This document shows, piece by piece, positions 1 to 13,178 of a stretch of DNA of 64,000 nucleotides; the first letter of the stretch is position 1, and each line of letters opens with the position of its first letter. Below the pieces are notes generated by a model, which had not been told where the DNA came from, did no database searches, and saw only the letters and a program-made list of their open reading frames with translations. The translations under genes were made by a program, and so were the position numbers. Location: assembly GCF_006345805.1 (NCBI RefSeq), contig NC_043002.1, forward strand, positions 103,788,001-103,852,000. Direction: 5' to 3'. Origin of the DNA: Octopus sinensis. Its lineage: Eukaryota.

Positions 1-2695
1 TATATGTATATCGTTATCAATACACACACACATATAAATATATATATATATATACACACACATATGTGTGTGCGTGTTTGTGTTTATGTGTGTGTATGTG
101 TTTGTATGTATGTATATCACACAAGTTACTCTAAATTTATTTAGATACAAATAAATTATGTACTTACCGAAAATCCTAATGAGAAAATTAATTTCTATCA
201 ACAACAGTTCCCAGTGCCCGAGTTTGGTTCTACAAATCTTGATGCGGACGTCTTCTACACACACCTCCCGTAAAGACACCTTCCTAATCATTGTTCTTTT
301 CCGCCACGTGACAATCAGAATCTTCTGTTTAGACAGAAATCGATATATTAAATGACTTAACGTCCTAATACTTAAAGTTATAATTAAAAGTATCAGAACA
401 AATATCGACAACCTTCTCTTTAATCAATTCTTTGCTCTTCGCCATGCCATTTGGGGACGCCAATTGCTACGCCAGATCCCCATATGTCTTTCACTGGAGT
501 TTCTGTGGCTACGGTATTTGAATAGTTGCACGGTTTACCAACCAACGTGCAGCGTGATTTTTACATAAAAATAATGTATTTTATGCATTTAACATACTTT
601 TTATATTGACCTATCTAACATGCTTATCCTTCAATTTACTTCTCTACTCAGCTCAAGCTTAACCCCCTTGAGCACTAGTAAGGGTATTCTATAGCAACAA
701 TATCTCATTTTCATCTATGACCTATACGTTTATGTGTTCACACATACACGTGCGTATTTATGTGAATTTTGTGTGTGTCTGCACACGTGTGTGTGTGTCT
801 GTTTGTACCTGTGTGAGTGTGTGAGAGTCGTGTCCGTGCGTCTCTGCGTGTCATGTTATTGCGTGTGCAGCAGCCCAGTAAAACACACCCAACAAATATT
901 TAAAATCAAACGGTAACTTTGCCAGATAATAAACTACGTACTGACTGAACTATCATCTCGTACCAATGCGAAACGAGTTTCTCTCGTGGTTCTGTAGATT
1001 TCGGGCAATAAGTGTGAATTCTATTAGCGACGCAGCGGCTGTATCTTTAATGGAAATTAAACTGTTTTTGTTCTACACTGTTTGTCATTTCGCATTCAAG
1101 AATTGCTGATTACCTGATTACATTTACAGGGTGAATGATTCCACTATTTTCTCTTATCCTGTTGACCGAATTGTCTAGTAAATAGTACAGAGTAAATGTG
1201 ACAGGAGGCGAAACCCTCTCTATATAAAACACTGTTCAATTTATGGCGAGAATATATTTCTTTTGGCAATCCAGGATTACAAAAAAGATTAAGATTTGAG
1301 ACGACATTCTAAAAGAGAGTGTTTTGTGAAGTCACAGAACTACATCTATTGATCTGTAGATGAAGGAAACACTGAAGTAAAGAAAATAAAAGAATCAACG
1401 AATATATTTTATATGGCCACTAATACAGTTTATAGGAAACTGGCGACACAATTCTACGTTGCTGTATGTTTATGTTTGAAAGTAGGAGCATTCTTGCAAA
1501 GACATGTGTCACACAGCGTTTTATTATTTTTCATTTATTTACACTTGGAGCAGCATTTAGTTCGGCATGTCATGTGTGATAACCTGTTTGTTTATGGCAG
1601 CGTGTATATATCTATAAGCATTGCTGTATAGAGATATGTGTGCGTGTATAAACAACACATACATCCGTGTAAAGATAATATTAATATATATTTATATATA
1701 CGTATATGTATACGCGTATGCTTATTTACTTGTTTGGACGAATGTATTTAAAGGGAAATGAGGAAGTGTAACTCCGTCACTCTCAGAGAGGATTCATTCC
1801 GTTTCTTTAATCAATTCAAGCACAAACTCGCTGAACTTTACGACAAGTGGTAGAATGTTTTTCACTCGCATTTATTACAATAGTAAAGCTTGATAAAAAC
1901 ATGAAACGTGGGCCTCCACTTTTCTTCAGAGGCCTTACTTGAACTGAATTTATGGAAAAGGACAATTTCCTGACTATCTATGATCACATTTGTAAAAATA
2001 AGCTTCAAACAGAAGGGATTTTTGAACAGACCTCGATGATATGTCCTCGTAGTACGATATTAATACTGCTCACCTGCGTTACATCGAAGTACTGTTTCTA
2101 TAACGTCAAGTTGTGAAGGAATTGAACAAACTTCGAATTTCTGACTGCATGTTGTTACTTCAAACGCTGTTCATCTCTCCATTTCTCTTTCACTTCATTT
2201 GGGCTGTGTGTGTAAGTGTGTGTGTGTGTGTATGTGAACGTGTCCGTATGTATTATGTATGATTGTGTATAAATATGCAGAATTATACTTACAGACAAAT
2301 ATAAATACATACGCACGCAAACACACATATACACATAAGTTCAGCGGATGAGGAATTATCCCGCAAAGATGGAGACAAACCTGGGCGTTTCTCGGAGTGT
2401 TTCTGGGACGACCCAAGCGAATACTGACCAACTGAAAAATGGCGGGCGCGTTGCAAATCTTATAATCCAATCTGTCTACAAACTATAAGAGAATACGATG
2501 TAAAAAAAGAAACGGAAATGAAATGAAGATGAAGTTCCGGTTGTGACTGGTGCTACAGGAGCGGTTGTGTGGGAAGTAGCTTGCTTACCAACAACATGGT
2601 TCTTGGTTCACTCCCACTACGTGGCACCTTGCGCAAGTATCTTCTACTATCGCCACGAGCCGATCAAAGCCTTGTGAGTAGATTTGGTAGACGGA

Positions 2696-2830
2696 GAATT
2701 TACAAAAAATACAAAAGATGAAGACGAGTGTGTAAACAAAAACAAATGTATTAGTTTAACGCTCAGGAAGTGAGAAAGTATTTTACGTTTCGAGCCTACG
2801 CTCTTCGACAGAAAGGAACACAGACATTGT
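2696..2830 (-). mobile_element. PLE-type non-autonomous repeat fragment (subfamily D)
   Basis: Shares TTCCTGAGCGT..AATAC.ATTTGTT and the GAGC..GCTC GAAACGT block with 46948-47151, 48690-48810 and 49845-50042. Confidence 0.65.
2781..2814 (-). ncRNA. Minimal hammerhead ribozyme variant (core CUGUCGA)
   Basis: Minus strand reads TTT-CTGTCGA-A-GAGC(GTAG)GCTC-GAAA-CG-TA-AAA, with palindromic ACGT at stem III. Confidence 0.5.
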
Positions 2831-3186
2831 TTGAATTGGAGGTGGAGACAGGATAAACTGGTGCGACATGTGTGTGTGTGAGTATGTGTGTGTATGTATG
2901 TATGTATGTATGTATGTATGTATGTATGTATGTATGTATATGTGTGTCTGTGTTTGACAGCGGATGTTGGTGAGTTTACGGCAAAAGTGTCCAATAAAAT
3001 GAGTGCCACGCTTAGAAAGAGTAAACCCTGTGATCGATTTGTTAAGAATAAACGAATATCAGACTTAGAAAAAGAAAAGGAAATAGAGAATAGAAGGGAC
3101 AATTCCTGTTTGAAGCAGGCTTGTGTTATTTATACAACATGCTGTAGAATGTATGCCCGAGTGTATGTGTGTGTGTGTGGGTGTGA

Positions 3187-3245
<59 letters not shown>

Positions 3246-3786
3246 CGTTTTAAATTAACCTCCAATTTTCATTTCATAGAGATTCTTCTAATCTAACACT
3301 CAGCACCGTTCTTCACACAACAGTCTGTTGTGTTTCAGCTACAGACAAACAGAAGTTGTTCAACAAATACATTAGCATTATTCTCTTATGTTAATACAAC
3401 AGGCTAAGTCTCATCAGTTATAGGAAATAGCCCCCGAGGTTACAACTTGTTTGGTCTTGAAATCTATCTGAACATTTTAACAACTACATTCTTTTAACAA
3501 TGCTCAGATCTATTTGCTATAGAATATTTATACAATATATCCACAGTCGTGTGTATTTTTATGTATGTATATATTCCCTATTATGTATATCCTTCCGTTA
3601 TTTTTTTTTATTAGTCCATCTCTTCACGCGTTGCACAAATTTTCGGGTAAATACTTCAATCTGAATTATTCTTTTTAATTATTTTCTTTTATGCTATATT
3701 TGCCAATTTACACTTATTTATTTTTCTCCATACATGTCTTTAGGCAGTCTCAATGGTTTACATTGACACATGCAACCATGCAGCTG

Positions 3787-3800
3787 TCTATCCATCTATA

Positions 3801-3884
<84 letters not shown>

Positions 3885-3914
3885 CATCTATCTATCTATC
3901 CATCTATCTATCTC

Positions 3915-3976
<62 letters not shown>

Positions 3977-4072
3977 CATCCATCCATATATCTATCTATC
4001 TATCAATCTATCTATCTATCTATCTATCTATATATCTATCTGTTTGTCTATCTAACTATCTATCTATCTATC

Positions 4073-4157
<85 letters not shown>

Positions 4158-4274
4158 GTCTGTCTGTATGTATGTCTGTCTGTCTATCTAACTATCAATC
4201 TATCTATCTATCTGTCTGTCTATCTATCTATCCATCTATCTATCTATCTATCTATCTATCTGTCTATCTATCTA
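3787..4274. repeat. (TATC)n tetranucleotide microsatellite
   Basis: About 490 bp of TATC units with TGTC/TCCA variants. Confidence 0.97.
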
Positions 4275-4295
4275 TGTCATTATATAGTTTTATAT

Positions 4296-4438
4296 ACATA
4301 TATGTAAAAAAATACAAACTGGGACAAGAACGCAAAACATTTAAAAGACGATACAAAAAACACTGACGGGACATTCGAAGCCTTCAATCTTCAGTCAAGA
4401 ACCGGATCATCCTCGCAATTTCGGCTGATTAATCTTGA
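4296..4438 (-). mobile_element. 3' fragment of family E repeat (homologous to the 16265/17030 direct repeats)
   Basis: The reverse complement matches 16460-16600 (TCAAGATTAATCAGCCGAAATTGCGA.GATGATCCGGTTCTTGACTGA...). Flanked by TA-rich tracts. Confidence 0.85.
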
Positions 4439-4459
4439 TTAATCTATATATATACATAT

Positions 4460-4528
<69 letters not shown>

Positions 4529-4870
4529 CGGGTAGGAGAGAATGAATAGCATACGGAAAAATTGAAAATAACATAAAAAACAGGAAAGTGGACACACGGA
4601 CCATTTGCAGCAGATTTCCTCCTCAGTCAGAGGTTCAAAAATTCCTAGCGCCCTCGCATCTGTTTTGATCTCTGTGACCGCTCGAATCCGGCAAGTGGCT
4701 GAGCATTAAGCTTCAGAGGAAAGCAAAGGAATGTATACAAGAACGAAAACAAGAACAAGGAAGTAAGAATGATAAACATAAAAACAGACGAACGCCTTTC
4801 GGCAATACAAGGCGAACATGATTGTATATTAACAAATAAATAAATATTTGACATTTAGATAAACGTAACT
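4529..4870 (-). mobile_element. Divergent relative of family E repeat
   Basis: GTGGCTGAGCATTAAGCTTCAGAGGAAAGCAAAGGAATGTATACAA resembles the reverse complement of 16360-16420. Lies next to a (TA)n tract. Confidence 0.5.
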
Positions 4871-6628
4871 TGAAGAAAATATAATACAGGTGCAAAAAAA
4901 AAAGAAAGAATTTTACAGATACAAAGGACAAATGCCTTTCGGTTATACAACAAAATGAGAATAATTGTACATTTATAAATAAATAAATAACAGAATGGGT
5001 CTTTCGACCATCAGAAGAAAGTAGTAGCCTGGCGCAAAGGAAGAATCGAAGTCTTAAAGAATGAGCGGGTGGTCAGATGCAACAGACTGACCTGGATGAG
5101 ATAGTGATCACGTGATAGAAGAGAGAGAGAGAGGGAGTTGTAGGGATAGAGGGATTAAAGAACAAGAGCAGGTGAGGAAAGTGGGAGTAAGGAAGAATAG
5201 AGAGGGAAAAGAAATCAGAGGGACTAATCCACGTGAGTTTCAGATATTTTGCGATTATCATCATTGTTGTCTTCCTTCAACGGAATAAAACAAAATATCT
5301 GTTCATCTGCATAAATAAACATACGTGTAGAGTTGGGTTACTACAATCAGTTACCTGGAAGATATATTTTAAATATCCCAAATAATTATTATAAAAATCT
5401 CGCTGATGATAATAAAATATTAGGAAACTTTCGTCGTTTGGCATTTAGGCTGCCTGTTCTTTGTTGATGATTTGGTGTAGAAAAATGAAAATGTCTGTAT
5501 TTCCAAAGGCCGTTGATTACTAAAATTTTAGTATGGCTTAGTCCAAAGGGGGAGGGATCCTCCCAAAATCCTTGAAATTTCCTCCATGCTTTCCGAACAG
5601 GAAATGGGAACGAAGCCACCATTTGAATGTCCACAAATTAGAGACAAGGCAGCATGATATTGAATTATTCTCGGTCTGGAAATCTATGGTTATGTAGTGT
5701 GTATACACATATGTATACATGTGAGTGTGTGTGTGTGTGTGTGCATGTGCGCATATTTGTAAGTGTGTGAATTAATATATATGTAGGTGGGAGCAGAGAA
5801 TTGTAAGAACTAAGTGGACTTGTCTAACCGCAGACAAAGAGGGTATGCCGGTGTTAAACACGACAGTGAATAGAGAATAAGATGTCTACACTTAAGTGAA
5901 CCACCATTGATAACATGTGAACAACGTCAATCGAATTCCGGTCATTTTCCAAACTGTCGTTTAAATTATTATATTCAAAGAATTAAAATGGTATTATTAT
6001 ACGTATTATATCGGCCGCATTTCGAAAGAGTTGTTTAAATCGATCATGTTATTGAAGAGGTCAAAGAAAATAGCGAATCTTGCTGATAGACCACAATGGC
6101 GCACAAAACTACAAGCTGTTTCATTCTTAGCGTCTGTATTTGAAAATGTTATCATGGCGCAATTAATTTAATTTAGCTATATATTTCACAGAAAAATCTA
6201 TATTCCTGATAAGGACAATTTTCGTATGTGATTTGAATCTCTATTAGAATGCTTACCTGTGTAAATGTACATATAGCAGATGAATGTTGGTCAATTTTAT
6301 GAAATAATCTAATATTCATCTGTCTGATAAGCGTAAAGAATTTCAGAAAAATATATTTATTTTAGGTTTACATGTTTTATACGATCTGCCAGGAAAAATT
6401 ATTTGATTATTTTTGATCTATGCAAATAGTCTCTGTAATGTCATTCTTTGAAAACCACACAGACACACACGCTGAAAATCGTACATATTTACGCACATGC
6501 ACACATATGCATATGTATATATAAATGTGTGTGTGCGTGTGTGAAGTATATTTGTCATTTAAATGTGGCTAACTACTAAGGATGTTACTGTAGCTTGTAG
6601 CCCCAGGAGAACATCTCCAGCTGACTTT

Positions 6629-6685
<57 letters not shown>

Positions 6686-6950
6686 CACCGTGACCGACCA
6701 GGCTATGAAATGTTGCTACACCTCGCTGGTCACAATACGCTTCGCAATGTTTTAACCTTCAAATGACGCCACCCCGCTGGCATAGAGAGCAGGCCAACAG
6801 AAGAAGGTGAGAAAGTTGTGGGGAGAGAGTACAGCAGGGATCGCCATCACCCCCCTGCCAGAGCATCGTGGAGTTTTAAGTGTTTTCGCTCGAAACCACG
6901 ATCCTACGACCGCGAGTCCGCTGCCCTAACCACTGGGCCACTGCTCCTCC
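6686..6950 (-). mobile_element. tRNA-derived SINE, probably internally deleted
   Basis: Minus-strand head GGAGGAGCAGTGGCCCAGTGGTTAGGGCAGCGGACTCGCGGTCGTAGGATCGTGGTTTCGA has A-box and B-box-like motifs. Flanked by (TA)n. Confidence 0.75.
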
Positions 6951-7496
6951 ATATATATATATATATATATTATTTTTGTATGCCTTTAACACCAAAGACT
7001 TTGACATGAGCATACCCACTGATCATAATATCTCGGCAAAAGTATTTGATAATCACAGATAATATAAAGATTTGCTAATCGAAATAAAAAAAGATGTGGC
7101 ATCTGAAGTCTGTTACAATAGCAGTGATTGTAGAAGCACTTGGAATGATCGAAAAAGGAACTGAAAATTATTTTAGAACGATCCCTGGCTTACCATCCAT
7201 GCAGGAAATGGAAAAGATTGTCTCAACTTGTAAGTCACACATATTGAGAAGAGCATCGTCGCTGTAAATATACTTACATTTTTCCTTCTTAATTTTATTT
7301 GTTTTTCCTTTCTATTTTTTTATTTTTTACTTCTTTCTCTCTGTCTCCCCTTTTTTTCTATCACATGACTCTGTAAACCAACAATCTGGTGTGCTTGTTT
7401 TAATGGCCTTCGTTTCTCTGCTCTAGGTTTCAGATAGACACTCGACAAGAAATAGAAACAGGATTGAAAGTAGATGCAAATAAAAATGATGCTAGT

Positions 7497-7499
7497 ATA

Positions 7500-7577
<78 letters not shown>

Positions 7578-7776
7578 CATAATAACAATAAGATGATGGT
7601 GATGAGGAGGAGGAGGAATATGATGTTGATGATGATGATGATGATAAAAAGAAGGAAAAAGAGGAGGAAAAGGAGAAGGAGGAGAAGAAGAAGAAGAAGA
7701 AGAAGAAGAAGAAGAAGAAGAAGAAGAAGAAGAAGAAGAAGAAGAAGAAGAAGAAGAACGATGAAGAAGAAGAAGA
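7497..7776. repeat. Compound trinucleotide microsatellite (AAT)n-(GAT/GAG)-(GAA)n
   Basis: Read directly from the sequence. Confidence 0.95.
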
Positions 7777-8613
7777 TTACTTAATGACAATATTAAGTAT
7801 TGATGTTCCATCAATACTAAAATTTACAATCCTCAGATTCAAACTGAAAGTCTTTGACAAATCTCGAAAATATGTGAACGAATCTATGGAATTAGATTTT
7901 AGAATTTAAAGAAATTGATAAACGAAGACTGTAAGGATAAGAAATAAATATGGATAAAAATGTATTGAACAAATATAAATTAAAATAAAAAAAATCGAAC
8001 GAATATATTTAAATAATAGAAACGTAAAATAATATTTCTGTATAGACGTTGAATAATAAATGAATTCTAGAATTACCAAACTGTTTAAATTCCTATGAAA
8101 ATATGTCAAGACATATCTCAAGGTATTCACTCGTTGTCTTTGTAGAATTCTTTATTCCGTTCCTGATTAATTCTGAGAGTGGAAATTCCTAGTAAAATTT
8201 TCTTAAGCTTGGCACGTACGTATTTTGCGAAATATTGCTCGCGGTTAAATCTAATGCTGGATTACACCGCTGATATAAACAATGTTGAACGAAAGGCGCA
8301 CAGTTACATCCATCACGGGACATCCAAACGAGGTTTAGACTTAACGGATTTGTGGCGAATATTAAGATTGATTACGAAGATTGCCATAATCTTTGGCATA
8401 TTTTCTTCTACTATTTATCTGATTTCTCCTGCAATAAATGTATATCAATGAATATATGTATACATGAAGGAATTAAAGTCTTTCAGTCTATAAGAATGCT
8501 GCGAAATGATGCAAATATAGAAGCGTATGAGCATGTGTTTGTATATTTATACATACACACAGACACACAGACAAACACAGATATGTCTGTGTTTATGTAA
8601 CTGCATTATATAT

Positions 8614-8662
<49 letters not shown>

Positions 8663-8720
8663 ATATATATATATACATATATATACATATATATACATAT
8701 ATATACACACACACACACAC

Positions 8721-8769
<49 letters not shown>

Positions 8770-8779
8770 TGTATGTATG

Positions 8780-8818
<39 letters not shown>

Positions 8819-9615
8819 ATTTTGACCTGTTGTTGACCAGTGAAAACGATGCAAGGTACAGAATGAATGTAAAAACAGTTCAATGGTTATAACTATTACC
8901 TGGGTTTTCCGTATTTCCAGCTGCGGACCTCTTCGCCGGAGATTTCTTGAAGAAGGATTCCTAAACTTGAAATAATGAAATTCCACGGTACAGAACTATA
9001 CATCTTCCTTTTTTTGGGGGGTTTATGAAATTGCATTCATAAGATTTTTATTTGCATCACTTTGGCTGAAAACAAAAACTGAGACACATATCAGACAACA
9101 CTTCATTAAAGTTACATAACACCTACATGCACGAGCTTGTATGCGCGCACAAATGGTCAAGCCTGCACACACATATAGATATACTATTTGAATGAATGTT
9201 TTGCAGTTCATACACACATATCGCCCTTGCCGCTTGTGATCGTGTAAGCGTTCAAGAAGAATTATTAGAACAATGAATGTTCCTGCTTTTACTCTTCCAC
9301 TCTCTCTAATACCATATTATCTAAGATGGCCATTAGTTTATATCTAAGCTTTTATTTGAGATACATTTGGCACACACGTCGAGTCATATCTCAATGCACT
9401 CTAGTTATAATGCTGCTAAATTGGATGCCGTGTTGGTCATATACAATTTTCAAGATAGCCATATTTTCGTACATTCTAAGTGTCAAAACCTCGGACACAA
9501 TTTGTCTCATGTCAAAAATGAATGCGACTCATATCACAAGTACGGTCGGGAGAAAACAAAATAAAAGTCAAATGATTAAACTGTAAATTAACAAAACACT
9601 TAATGATTCTCTAAT

Positions 9616-9845
9616 GTCTGTATAATGAATGGCAATATAATTAATGGCAATATAATGAATGTGAGTATAATGAATGCCTGCATAATTAACATCGACATAA
9701 TTAATGAATATATTTAATATTTATATGATGAATATCATTGTATAATTAATGGTTTTACAAAGTCTGTATAATTAATATTTGGGTAATTGAAGTTTTATAA
9801 TTTAAGAAGAATATAGAGAACGAATGCATAATTAATGACTAGATA
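9616..9845. repeat. Degenerate 15-bp minisatellite (N5-TATAAT(G/T)AAT)
   Basis: Six consecutive units in a 15-nt register from 9616 to 9705, then decaying copies. Confidence 0.7.
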
Positions 9846-11140
9846 AATTATGTCTATATCATTAGTAATGCAAATTATTAATGAGCGATCAACTTGTTCA
9901 ATGGACATGTACAAATAAGAGTTGGGTGAACTACACCACATGACTCTATTTGTCCATCAGAACAAACAAATAAATATACATACATGTCCAAGTGGTGTCG
10001 TGTTTCAGAAGGTGAGTGTGTACGTGTGTGTGTGTGACATTTAGTGAGCCGCAAGCAGGTGTCCATAGCTGTTCTTTTGTCACCTGTCAACTTCAAATAT
10101 TAGTCACATCTTATATTTCGTATTTGTCATTTATTAATTACGGAACATGCTCTCGAGGCGGAGAAAATGTTAATAAATCAACTAATTATGTCCTATGGCA
10201 TTTCATACAGCAGTATTTACCTTTGCTATTTAAATACATGCGTCTGACTACTCTGAGACATTGCTCATTGCTATTTTTTGGTCAACATTATGAAATTCTC
10301 ATACGAAGGTTCTGTAAATAGAGCGACCCGAGAATATTGTGCCAGACTCATAAAAATCTGGCAACCAGAAATCACTTAGAAGGAGACAATATCCTATAAT
10401 GTCCTACATGTCGGCAGCGAACCCCTCGGGAAGCACTCTCTTCCTGATGACCGTCCATAAAACACCAAATCAGTGTGACTAACGTACGAAAAGAATATTT
10501 GGATGTGAAGGTCTCTTAATGGCAAGTCATGCACGAATATTCTTGCGGCAGACTTCTATGAAATACCGAATACACAAGAGAGACTGTGATACACTTGGAG
10601 GTCCAAGATGCAACAGAAAATGCAGATTGCGTCAATTTTTTAATGGAAAACCTCCCATATGTTAGTAGCAGCTGACCCGAAAATGTCATCAAAGTACTAC
10701 AACGCTATACGAAATGAACAAGTCGCAAAAACAATATAGAATACGATACGAAAAAAGATTCTTCCCGAGTTAATAAAGATGTTATAGGCGTGAAGAATCT
10801 CCGAAACCCGACAAACTGCTGTCGAAATCATAATACCGTTTCCATTTTAGTTATGTCTGTCGTTTCTACACTGTGAAAGATCGCTCTCTTAGTATATAAA
10901 ATTTTGCATATCTACGCTTGAATATTTATTGTCTGAAAATTTTGAGTCTTTACTGTTTCTTTAGTTACATGTATATACATTTTGTATACCAAACCCAAGT
11001 AGTTTGAATAATTTTTATTCGCACAATTGGATTCCTTACATAGCCATCCTTTACTCCGAGGAATTGTGAAATGGGAGTACAAATCATTTGAGCGCAACAA
11101 AGCGTTTTCTATATTTAGAATTTGTGGATCTCTTATGTTA

Positions 11141-11217
<77 letters not shown>

Positions 11218-11220
<3 letters not shown>

Positions 11221-11680
11221 GTAACAAAAACGTATTGTATTAGAGGGCATGAAAACGTTTGGATAGATAGACGACACAAAGGCGGACAAGAGAAACAATT
11301 AGAATGACAGGCAAAAGAAGACGGGTCGTTCTTGGCTTTCTTTCATCAGTCAAGTACCAGAGGTCACGGCCAGTTTGGACAGTTACACTTGAGATGGTTC
11401 GATCTGGTGGTCTCCAAACAAGTCTAAGCTAAGAGCATTAGACCCCTTTGTAAGAATGCTAGCGAATGTGTACGGCAACAAAGACGAAAAAAAATGGAGA
11501 ACATGAATAACAACAGGCGTTTTTCGACTGAGAAAGAATCAAATTGAGCTGACATGTAAGAAATAAAAGCCTAAAGGCAAGGACATGGGAGATGGACACA
11601 AAACGTGTTGATGGTCGACAGTGAGGCCAGTAAAGGAAGATCATGGCTGGCTGGACACCGGTCACGTGGAAGGAGAAGAG

Positions 11681-11683
<3 letters not shown>
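11218..11683 (-). mobile_element. Divergent family E repeat between (TA)n tracts
   Basis: GAGATGGTTCGATCTGGTGGTCTCCAAACAAGTCTAAGCTAAGAGCATTAGACCCC aligns to the reverse complement of 16395-16453 and carries the same CTGATGA-N11-GAAY-N5-GTC motif. Confidence 0.7.
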
Positions 11684-11734
<51 letters not shown>

Positions 11735-12233
11735 ATATAATAGATGTGTTGTAAACCTATTCCGCACATACAACAACAGCAATATCAATAATCGAACATA
11801 GCTGCCACATGGATACCTGGGCAGTATAATCAATATGCTGATAGACAGAAAGAAAGAAAGAAAGAAATATGTAGTAAAGTTTCATTGCCAACAGAAAGTG
11901 TTAGTCCTGTACAAAGACGATGTTATTATTGTTTAGCCACAAGAACAATTTTTTTTCCAGCCGAGCCGTCGGCACACAGTTTGTGTCTGTATGGCGTAAG
12001 CAAAGGAGCACATCGCTCCCTTCTCTAGCAATGACCTCCCTCGCTATCCTCTACGGACACAGACTGTGTCGATAGCCAGCAGGAAAATGTTTTTCCTATG
12101 GCTACACAACACTAACATTGTACAGTCTTTGTACAGGACTAACACATTCTGTCGGCAAATAAAATTTACTATTCAGTATAGTTACAGCATATCACTCGCT
12201 CAGAGATTTAAAACTCCCTTTTTTTCTCTGTAT

Positions 12234-12241
12234 AATAATAA

Positions 12242-12272
<31 letters not shown>

Positions 12273-12354
12273 AATAATATAATAATATATAATAATAATA
12301 ATATAATAATAATAATAATAATAATGATATAAAATAATGATAATAATAATAATG

Positions 12355-12422
<68 letters not shown>

Positions 12423-12425
12423 TAT
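12234..12425. repeat. (AAT)n microsatellite
   Basis: Read directly from the sequence. Confidence 0.97.
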
Positions 12426-12427
12426 AA

Positions 12428-12850
12428 TATTAGTTGTCAGAGATCAGGAAGGAAAAAATGCTTTCTAATTGATGTATCAATACCAGCAGATGACGACGTT
12501 TCTCTAAAAGAAATGGAGAAACTTTCAAAATACAAAGACATGGAAATAGAGGTAACCCGAATGTGGAATCTAAAAGCAGAAGCAATCCTTGTCATAGTAG
12601 GTGAATTAGGCATGATAAAAAAATATTCAGACAAATACATAACAAAAACACAAGGTCTTACAAACACATATAACATACAGAAAATTGCACTAGTTGGCAC
12701 TGCACACATCTTATGCAGAACACTTTCAATACAGTAACCATCAGAGCATCACAACAAACCGCAGAGCATACCCAAGGCACACAGAGCTGCGCTCGGTAGT
12801 GAAGTGAAAGCACGATATAAAACTAAACATACTGAATAATAATAATAATA
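12428..12850 (+). mobile_element. 5'-truncated R4/Dong-like non-LTR retrotransposon (restriction-like endonuclease C-terminus plus 3' UTR)
   Basis: Translation KCFLIDVSIPADDDVSLKEMEKLSKYKDMEIEVTRMWNLKAEAILVIVGELG...KIALVGTAHIL matches the RLE-domain tail of R2/R4-type LINEs. Ends in (AAT)n. Confidence 0.85.
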
Positions 12851-13065
12851 GGTGAAAACAAATGAGAAACCTCGATTTTAGGTAAATAGGGGATTATTTA
12901 TATATGTATAACTGTGGATACTGCAATGACAACTTACTGTTTGTTCCAAATTATACACACACACACACACATATATATATGTAGGTCCAGGGTTGAGTCG
13001 GAGTTAACCACAGTAAATAAGGTACTCAATACATAGCAGAGTAAATTAATTTATTTTATAGAAGG

Positions 13066-13116
13066 AGCTGCTACAAGACTAGAACTGTTTCATTCAAATG
13101 AAATCATCAGGAAGCT
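13066..13116 (-). ncRNA. Type I hammerhead ribozyme motif (family B, minus copy)
   Basis: AGCTTC-CTGATGA-T TTC(ATTT)GAA T-GAAA-CAG(TTCTAGTC)TTG-TA-GCAGCT, with one mismatch in stem I. Confidence 0.6.
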
Positions 13117-13127
13117 TCCTGACAGCA

Positions 13128-13178
13128 AGCTTCCTGATGATTTCATTTGAATGAAACAGTTCTAGTCCTATAGAAGCT
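13128..13178 (+). ncRNA. Type I hammerhead ribozyme motif (family B, plus copy)
   Basis: AGCTTC-CTGATGA-TTTCATTTGAAT-GAAA-CAG(TTCTAGTC)CTA-TA-GAAGCT. Stem I is a perfect 6 bp and stem III has one mismatch. Confidence 0.6.

Larger units (their letters stand above)
2556..3045 (+). mobile_element. Degenerate tRNA-derived SINE (same family as 54763-55213), interrupted by a PLE-type insert
   Basis: The 5' half CAGGAGCGGTTGTGTGGGAAGTAGCTTGC...GATTTGGTAGACGGA and 3' half TTGACAGCGGATGTTGGTGAGTTTACG...GATCGATTTG align by eye to the 54763 copy. Confidence 0.7.

Noticed and set aside
3691-4366. Long ORFs with [12 protein letters not shown], poly-N or poly-Y translations, here and throughout the window
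   Set aside because: They are translated microsatellites that lack stop codons by composition.
5403-5435. CTGATGA...GAAA-CTTTC-GTC hammerhead-like string
   Set aside because: No stem I can form and stem II is out of register, so it is probably chance.
10443-10500. CTGATGA...GAAA string
   Set aside because: No stem II or stem III pairing.
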